Positions 6,797 to 12,705 of a DNA stretch of 12,705 nucleotides are shown here, one piece after another. Source of the DNA: Candidatus Krumholzibacteriia bacterium. GTDB taxonomy: Bacteria; Krumholzibacteriota; Krumholzibacteriia; WVZY01. The DNA lies in NCBI GenBank assembly GCA_046754105.1, contig JBHHVD010000087.1, positions 1 to 12,705 of the forward strand. The letters are read 5' to 3'. Numbering within the stretch: position 1 is the stretch's first letter; every line of letters begins with the position of its first letter. Both the position numbers and the translations under genes were made by a program. The notes below the pieces were generated by a model, which made no database searches, was not told the origin of the DNA, and was given only the letters and a program-made list of their open reading frames with translations.

Positions 6797-8119
6797 TCAC
6801 GGCGCCTTGACGTCTTCGACGGAGCGTTCTTTTTGCTTTTCGCTTTTCTGGATTCGTACAAGCAGGTCGTCGTTGACCAGGTATTCGAACTCCTTGCGGA
6901 ATTCCTTCACCGTCAGTCCGCAAACCCTGGCCAGACCGCCGAGCACCTCTTGGTCCCTGAAGTCTTCGGTCTTCAGCCGCAGCATGTAGCGGCGCGCGAT
7001 GTAGTAGTATTCCGAGCGGACGTCCACCATGCGGACGCGCGTGCGTTTCGTCTTATGATCGAGCATGGTGTCGAAGTGGAGCGGGTTGAAACGTCCGGTG
7101 TCGATCGACACCATGGCACCCGTACCGCCGTTTATGATGTACTGGGCCGCGCAAAAACCAAGGTCGCGTGTGTACTCCATGTCGTACGGTATCGGCTCGG
7201 CGCCGCGCAGCTCGTAGCCGATGTCTTTCGTCGTGATTTTTGCGCTGATACCGAGCCCCTCGAGCCGTTCCAGAACCTTTTGCTTGACCACGGGGGCGAA
7301 CTGAATCTCCCCCAGTCGTACGTGGCCGTGCTCGTCGTGGCCGACCGTGTCCAGCGCCTCCAGCTCTCCGGGGTCGAGACGTTCCATCAGTCCCTCGGCG
7401 AGTACCGCGACACCGTCGGAGCGGTTCTCGCGGCGACGTTTGATGATGGTGCCCGCCAGGATATCGACGATTCGCCTCAGGGGCACCGTCGGCTCGTCGA
7501 ACTCCTCTGGGATAATCGTCACGGTCGCACCTGCCGCCTTGCCGATACCGAGCGCGAGGTGGCCCGCCTTGCGACCCATCGAGAGCACGAAATACCACCG
7601 CCCCGTGGTGCGCGCATCGATCATCAGATTCTTCAGCACGCCCGCGCCCACGTGGCGTGCGGTCTGGTAGCCGAACGTGTTGATACCGTGCGGAAGGTCG
7701 AGGTCGTTGTCGATGGTTTTGGGGACGTGGACCACGCGGAGCCGTCCGCCGGCGTGCTTTTCGATGGTCATGGCGCTGAACGCGGTGTCATCGCCGCCGA
7801 TGGTGATGAGCTTGTCGACGCCGAGCCGGTCGAGGGAGTCGACCGTGTTGTCGAGGAATTCCGGATCGGTCGTCGGGTTGTCCCGCGCCGTTCCCACGAT
7901 CGAGCCCCCCCGAAAGTGGATACGGCTGACGCGGTCGATGTTGAGGAGTTCGGCCTGGGAGATGTCCCCGCGCATGATCCAGCGAAACCCCCCGTGGATG
8001 CCGATCACGTCGTAACCTTTGAGGATCGCCCGTATGCTGGCCGCCGCGATAACACTGTTAATACCCGGCGCGGGGCCGCCTCCGGCCAGGATCGCCACCT
8101 TCCCGTTTTGCTCCGTCAT
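6797..8119 (-). CDS. pfp: Pyrophosphate-dependent phosphofructokinase (diphosphate--fructose-6-phosphate 1-phosphotransferase)
   Basis: PfkA-family motifs GGGPAPGIN, GGDDT, VPKTIDND, MGRKAGHLAL and DIGYELR. GGDD (rather than GGDG) together with Lys in PKTIDND is the established signature of PPi specificity. SD AAGGAG lies at 8127-8132, 7 nt from the ATG. Confidence 0.93.
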   Translation of the reverse strand: MTEQNGKVAILAGGGPAPGINSVIAAASIRAILKGYDVIGIHGGFRWIMRGDISQAELLNIDRVSRIHFRGGSIVGTARDNPTTDPEFLDNTVDSLDRLGVDKLITIGGDDTAFSAMTIEKHAGGRLRVVHVPKTIDNDLDLPHGINTFGYQTARHVGAGVLKNLMIDARTTGRWYFVLSMGRKAGHLALGIGKAAGATVTIIPEEFDEPTVPLRRIVDILAGTIIKRRRENRSDGVAVLAEGLMERLDPGELEALDTVGHDEHGHVRLGEIQFAPVVKQKVLERLEGLGISAKITTKDIGYELRGAEPIPYDMEYTRDLGFCAAQYIINGGTGAMVSIDTGRFNPLHFDTMLDHKTKRTRVRMVDVRSEYYYIARRYMLRLKTEDFRDQEVLGGLARVCGLTVKEFRKEFEYLVNDDLLVRIQKSEKQKERSVEDVKAP

Positions 8120-8280
8120 TCGTCGTCTCCTTCACGGCCCCGGTACGGTCCGCCGGCGGGGCGATTTCGTCCGCAACCAAAACGACCCTCATGGGGTCTA
8201 ATCCTGTACCGGGGTCCGCGCGCCCGGTCCGCTGTGCCGGCGCCGCGAGCCCGGCCGGGAGTTTCGCTAGGGTCCTGGAC

Positions 8281-8478
8281 GAAAACTATGCTATAAGGTA
8301 TCAGTATCACAATTTACGAGAGAATAAAAAGCGGATTAACGGCAGGCGATGGCGAAATCACGGAACCTATTGAAAGCATTGGAGTTGAAACATTTACTAT
8401 CCCGGGGCCCTGGTGCCGCGGCGGTTCCGTGCGGGTTTCGGGGCGGGGATCGAGCCGCGGCGGGACGCATAGTATGAT
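8281..8478. promoter_or_regulatory. Divergent promoter region between pfp and the kinase gene
   Basis: AT-rich patch at 8281-8400 (45/120 G+C by hand count) within GC-rich DNA. Candidate + strand -10 elements are TGcTATAAG (8289-8297) and TATGAT (8473-8478). Confidence 0.5.
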
Positions 8479-8523
8479 AGACGGGCGCTACGGCTCTCTG
8501 GCGACACACTTTTGGCGGATACG

Positions 8524-11418
8524 ATGATCGGCAAGACAGTCCTGCATTACAATATTCTGGAGAAACTCGGCGAAGGGGGGATGGGAGAGGTCTACCTCGC
8601 CGAGGACACCACGCTCAAGCGCAAGGTCGCTCTGAAGTTCATGAACGACGAGTACGCGTCGGACCCCGAATTCATCGCGCGGTTCGAGAGGGAAGCGCGA
8701 TCGGCGGCCGCCCTCAATCATCCCAACATCGTGACGATCCACGAGGTGGGCCAGTACGAGGACCGGCCGTACATTTCCATGTCCTACGTCGACGGTGAGA
8801 CGCTGGGCGAAATCATCGAGCGCGGGGAGCTCTCCGTCGACCGGGCACTCGAGATCGCCGCGCAAATCAGCGAGGGCCTCGGCCACGCCCATGCCTCGGA
8901 CCTCATCCACCGCGATATCAAACCGGACAACGTCATTATCGGCACGGACGGGCGCGCCAACATCCTCGACTTCGGCCTCGCCAGGCTGCGCGGTGCCAGC
9001 AAGCAGTCGGGTGCCCATTCTACGCTGGGCACCATTTTTTATATGTCGCCCGAGCAGGCACGGGGTGGCAAGATCGACCACCGGTCCGATATCTTCTCGC
9101 TCGGGGCCGTCCTCTACGAGATGCTGACCGGGCGGTCCCCGTTCAAACGCGATCACTCCGCCGCCGTCCTGTATTCGATCGCCAACGAGGACCCGACACC
9201 CCCGTCGGAACTCAACAAGAACGTATCAGCGGGCCTGCAGCGCGTCGTGATGAGGGCGCTGGCCAAGAACCCGGACGAGCGCTACCCGACCACGGAAGCT
9301 TTCACGACCGACCTCAAGAGGCTCCAGAGCGGGACGGGGCCCCTGCCGGTGCCGCATCACCACCACCTCTTGAGATACCTGCTGCCCACGTCGGCGGTCT
9401 TTCTGCTGGTGCTGGCCTTCTTTATCTTCAAGCCGTTCCAGATCGAATTCAGCGGCAGCCCGGAGCTGGTCGCGGCGTCCAACTCGCTCGCCATCATGTA
9501 TTTTGAAAACGTCGCCGACGCCGACGACCCGGGCAGGCTGGGAGAAATCGCGACCAACCTGGTCATCACCGACCTGTCCGAATCGGAGTATATGGAAGTC
9601 GTGTCCAGCCAGCGTCTATACGACATCCTCAAGCTGCAGGGCAGGGAGGACTCAAAGGTGCTCGACCGTTCGACGGCGACCCAGGTGGCCCGCCAGGCGG
9701 GGGCCGAGCGGATGCTGCTGGGGAGCATCCTGCAGGCGGAGCCCATTATCATGACCTCGCAGCTGATCGACGTGGAAACGGGGAATGTGGTGGCATCGCA
9801 GCGGGTCAGCGGCGCGCCGGGGGAGAAGATATTCGAGCTGGTCGACCGCTTGACGGCGGAGATTCGCAAGGACCTGGCGCTGCCGGCAGAGGCCGGCGAA
9901 GGGGACGCGCCGGTCGCCGAGGCGACGACCCATTCGCGAGAGGCGTTTCGGTATTACCTCGAGGGGGTCGAGAATCTCAACAAGTACTACGGAAACGAGG
10001 CGAAGGCGGCGTTTCAGAAGGCGCTCGAATACGATTCCACAATGGCGATGGCCCACTATCAGCTCAGCTCGCGCCTGATCCCCGCCACCAAGGAAGAGAA
10101 GCGCAAATCGATCGCGAAGGCGCTCGAGTACTGCGACAAGATGAACGAGAAAGACAAGCAGTACATCAAGAGCACGAACCTTTTGCTGTCCGGGGACGAG
10201 GCGGGCGCCGTCGCCGCGCTCGATGGCGTCATCGCGAAATACCCCAAGGAAAAGGAAGCCTACAAAGCCCTCGGTGACATACACCGGGAGAACGGGCGCA
10301 CCCGGGAGTCCATCGGCTTTTATCGAAAGGCGATCGAGATCGACCCGCTGGACAAGCTGTCCTACAACATTCTCGCCTACCAGTACCAGGACATCGGAGA
10401 CGTTGACAACTATATCTGGGCGATTTACCAGTACATATCATTGGCCCCGGATGAAGCGAACCCGTACGACTCGCGCGGCGATCTCTACGCCTTCAGCGGC
10501 AAGATAGACAGGGCACTCGATTCCTACCGCGAGGCGCTGAAGCGCAAGCCGGACTTTTTCCCGTCCCAGGTAAAAATGGGGCACATGTATCTGTTTCAGG
10601 GCGCGTTTGCCAGCGCGCGCCGCCAGTACGCACAGCTGCTCGAAAGCGATCAGGCCTGGCTGCGCGCGGATGGGCGGTGGTTTCTCGCGCTGGATCTGCA
10701 GTACCAGGGCAAGTTCGAGGCGGCTCTCGCCGAGCTCGAACGAGGAATAGCGGCCGACGAAGAGGACAATCAACCGCGCGGCGCCGTGCGGAAACGGGCT
10801 ACGCGGGCGGGAATCTATATCGAGCTGGGGCGTTTCGACGAAGCCCGCGCCGAGCTCGACCGGGCGCTGCGCACGAAGATCACCCGTGACAACCCGGAGA
10901 CACATCGCGCCGGCTTGAGATTTCTCACCTATTACCACGCGCGCAAGCGGGACTTCGCCGAGGCGGAGGCGGCACTCGAGGAGTTCAGGCAATCGCTCGA
11001 CCGCGACGAGGGCAATCCGATGCGCGACTACTGGTACTTGAAAGGCTGGATCGAGCTCGAGAAGGAGAACCCGGCGGAAGCGGCAAAACATTTCGAAAAG
11101 GCGGCGAAAGGGTTGGGAAGCAAGGTCTTTCGCTATACGTACGCCCTGGCTCTCGCCTACCTTCGGGATGAACGGCTGACGGAGGCGGTCAACGAGTACC
11201 AGAGGCTCCTGCGCCGGTACTCCGAGGAGCGCGCGCAGTCGCCGATCTGGGCGGTGACGGTGCACTACCACGCAGGCGTCGCCCTCGAACGATCCGGGCG
11301 GCACAACAAGGCCATCGAGCAGTACGAGGAGTTCCTCGGGATCTGGAACGATGCGGATCCGGGCATGCCGGAAGTCAAAGACGCCCGTGCGAGACTGGTG
11401 CGGCTACGGCAATCGTGA
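8524..11418 (+). CDS. Hanks-type Ser/Thr protein kinase with a TM helix, a TolB-N/CsgG-like alpha/beta domain and C-terminal TPR repeats (964 aa)
   Basis: Kinase motifs GEGGMGEVY, VALK, HRDIKPDN, DFGLA, GTIFYMSPEQ and SDIFSLG. A hydrophobic segment YLLPTSAVFLLVLAFFIF is followed by an SLAIMYFEN domain start. TPR-like units include FYRKAIEIDP, APDEANPYDSRGDLY and YREALKRKPDF. ATG 8524 (MIGKTVLHY) is preferred over TTG 8512. Confidence 0.93.
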   Translation: MIGKTVLHYNILEKLGEGGMGEVYLAEDTTLKRKVALKFMNDEYASDPEFIARFEREARSAAALNHPNIVTIHEVGQYEDRPYISMSYVDGETLGEIIERGELSVDRALEIAAQISEGLGHAHASDLIHRDIKPDNVIIGTDGRANILDFGLARLRGASKQSGAHSTLGTIFYMSPEQARGGKIDHRSDIFSLGAVLYEMLTGRSPFKRDHSAAVLYSIANEDPTPPSELNKNVSAGLQRVVMRALAKNPDERYPTTEAFTTDLKRLQSGTGPLPVPHHHHLLRYLLPTSAVFLLVLAFFIFKPFQIEFSGSPELVAASNSLAIMYFENVADADDPGRLGEIATNLVITDLSESEYMEVVSSQRLYDILKLQGREDSKVLDRSTATQVARQAGAERMLLGSILQAEPIIMTSQLIDVETGNVVASQRVSGAPGEKIFELVDRLTAEIRKDLALPAEAGEGDAPVAEATTHSREAFRYYLEGVENLNKYYGNEAKAAFQKALEYDSTMAMAHYQLSSRLIPATKEEKRKSIAKALEYCDKMNEKDKQYIKSTNLLLSGDEAGAVAALDGVIAKYPKEKEAYKALGDIHRENGRTRESIGFYRKAIEIDPLDKLSYNILAYQYQDIGDVDNYIWAIYQYISLAPDEANPYDSRGDLYAFSGKIDRALDSYREALKRKPDFFPSQVKMGHMYLFQGAFASARRQYAQLLESDQAWLRADGRWFLALDLQYQGKFEAALAELERGIAADEEDNQPRGAVRKRATRAGIYIELGRFDEARAELDRALRTKITRDNPETHRAGLRFLTYYHARKRDFAEAEAALEEFRQSLDRDEGNPMRDYWYLKGWIELEKENPAEAAKHFEKAAKGLGSKVFRYTYALALAYLRDERLTEAVNEYQRLLRRYSEERAQSPIWAVTVHYHAGVALERSGRHNKAIEQYEEFLGIWNDADPGMPEVKDARARLVRLRQS

Positions 11419-11424
11419 TACACT
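11416..11424 (+). promoter_or_regulatory. Extended -10 element (TGnTACACT) overlapping the kinase stop codon
   Basis: TGA-TACACT at 11416-11424, then 6 nt (GCGCGC), then ATG at 11431. The geometry is the same as the element at 1471. Confidence 0.5.
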
Positions 11425-11430
11425 GCGCGC

Positions 11431-11481
11431 ATGCGTACTAGCGCTTCCAGCGTCCAACCGGTGCGGCAGGGGCGGGAATGA
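11431..11481 (+). CDS. Putative leaderless 16-aa upstream ORF (MRTSASSVQPVRQGRE) overlapping the kynU start
   Basis: The ATG is at the predicted +1 of the extended -10, and its TGA (11479-11481) overlaps the kynU ATG (11478-11480) as ATGA. There is no homology evidence. Confidence 0.3.
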   Translation: MRTSASSVQPVRQGRE

Positions 11482-12705
11482 CCGCCGCGGGACGTGCCGT
11501 CGCCCTGGAAATGGACGCTGCAGACCACCTGGCGCCCTTTCGAGGGCGTTTTCTTATTCCCCCCGGCACGATCTACATGGATGGCAACTCGCTCGGACTG
11601 TTGTCACGGGACGGCGAGGCCGCGCTGGCGCGGGTGACGGCGGAGTGGAAAGCGAAGGGAATACAGGGATGGCTGGAAGGCGAGAGGCCGTGGCTGTCGT
11701 ACGCCGAAGGGCTCGGTGCCGAGGTGGCACCCCTGGTCGGGGCCGCGGCCGACGAAGTCGTGGCGACGGGCTCGACGACCGTAAACCTGCACGCCCTGGC
11801 CCGAGCGTTCTACGAGCCGGGCGGCGAGCGCACGAAACTCCTCGCCGACGACCTGACATTTCCCAGCGATGTCTACGCGGTGAGGAGCCAGGTCGCCCTG
11901 CGTGGTCTCGACCCGGCTCGCCACCTGGTCCTGGCACCCACGCGCGAGGGGCGGTTTCTCGACGAGGAAGGGATCGTCGCCTCGATGACGGGCGACGTGG
12001 CCCTGGCGGTGCTGCCGTCGGTGCTGTACCGGAGCGGCCAGCTGCTCGACATGGCGCGTCTTACCGGCGAAGCGCGCCGTCGCGGCATCCCCATCGGGTT
12101 CGACTGCTCGCATTCGGTTGGTGTGGTGCCGCACCGCTTCGACGAGTGGGGGGTTGATTTTGCTTTCTGGTGTGGATACAAGTACCTCGGTGGCGGCCCG
12201 GGGTGTCCCGCGTTTCTCTACTTGAACCAGCGACACTTCGCGCGCGAGCCGGCGCTCCCCGGGTGGTTCGGCTACCGCAAGGACCGGCAGTTCGAGATGC
12301 GGACCGAGTTCGAACACCAGCACGGGGCCGGTGGTTGGCAGATATCGTCGCCGTCCATACTGGGCGCGGCGCCGCTGGAGGGTTCGCTCCGGATCATCCG
12401 CGAGGCGGGCATCGGTGCGATACGGGCGAAGTCGCTCGAGATGACGTCGTATCTGATGGCCCTGGCGGACGAGACGCTGTGCGAGGCGCCCCATGACTTC
12501 CAAATCGGCACGCCACGCGAGGCGGAGCGGCGCGGCGGACACGTCGCCCTGGAGCACGCCCGCTCGCCGGCCATATTCGAGGCGTTAACGGCCCGCGGTG
12601 TCATCGCCGACCTGCGGCCGCCCAACGTCATCCGCGTGGCGCCAAGCCCGTTGTACAATACCTACGAGGAAATCTGGCAGGTCGTCCGGCACATCTCGGA
12701 GATCA
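11478..12705 (+). CDS. kynU: Kynureninase (PLP-dependent L-kynurenine hydrolase), 3'-truncated by the window edge
   Basis: Translated by hand; it is absent from the ORF track because there is no stop in the window. Sequence: MTAAGRAVALEMDAADHLAPFRGRF...IYMDGNSLGL...STTVNLH...FPSDVYA...VLYRSGQLLDM...GFDCSHSVG...FAFWCGYKYLGGGPG (PLP Lys at 12180-12182)...PGWFG...RRGGHV...DLRPPNVIRVAPSPLYNTYEEI. About 409 codons are visible, so it is nearly complete. Confidence 0.95.
   Translation, partial: MTAAGRAVALEMDAADHLAPFRGRFLIPPGTIYMDGNSLGLLSRDGEAALARVTAEWKAKGIQGWLEGERPWLSYAEGLGAEVAPLVGAAADEVVATGSTTVNLHALARAFYEPGGERTKLLADDLTFPSDVYAVRSQVALRGLDPARHLVLAPTREGRFLDEEGIVASMTGDVALAVLPSVLYRSGQLLDMARLTGEARRRGIPIGFDCSHSVGVVPHRFDEWGVDFAFWCGYKYLGGGPGCPAFLYLNQRHFAREPALPGWFGYRKDRQFEMRTEFEHQHGAGGWQISSPSILGAAPLEGSLRIIREAGIGAIRAKSLEMTSYLMALADETLCEAPHDFQIGTPREAERRGGHVALEHARSPAIFEALTARGVIADLRPPNVIRVAPSPLYNTYEEIWQVVRHISEI

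Noticed and set aside
6733..6861. N-terminal extension of DUF819 in the ORF track
   Set aside because: It overlaps the pfp 3' end and is hydrophilic and low-complexity. A good SD precedes ATG 6732.
6833..8296. 487-aa + strand ORF antisense to pfp (likewise 3784-4638, 5498-6745, 10438-11304, 11351-12157, 11604-12557 and other overlapping ORFs)
   Set aside because: These are shadow ORFs expected from high-GC codon bias. They have no recognisable motifs and overlap well-supported genes.
11431..11481. Tryptophan-sensing attenuator or TnaC-like leader for kynU
   Set aside because: The uORF has no Trp codon, and no terminator/antiterminator pair is seen between it and kynU.

Overview
GC-rich bacterial DNA from a diderm (it encodes an outer-membrane barrel-type protein). 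The kinase style suggests an FCB-candidate-phylum or Acidobacteria-like host, but this is inference only. From left to right: (1) the 5'-truncated end of a protein made almost entirely of a 12-aa helical repeat (TIAERAKLFEKM; at least 36 units, with perfect 72-bp copies at the window edge), followed by an intrinsic terminator; (2) a probably leaderless two-gene unit, consisting of a secreted gluzincin (HEXXH) + beta-propeller + Omp85-like barrel protein and a PrsW-family intramembrane protease with a C-terminal extension; (3) on the minus strand, a PPi-dependent phosphofructokinase (pfp) and a DUF819 membrane protein; (4) divergently, a Hanks-type Ser/Thr kinase with a TM helix, a TolB-N/CsgG-like domain and TPRs; (5) a 3'-truncated kynureninase (kynU, missing from the ORF track), preceded by an extended -10 element and a 16-codon leaderless uORF that overlaps its start (ATGA). 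The best candidate for an undescribed system is the repeat protein next to the outer-membrane/inner-membrane protease pair. No mobile element, CRISPR array or RNA gene was recognised.
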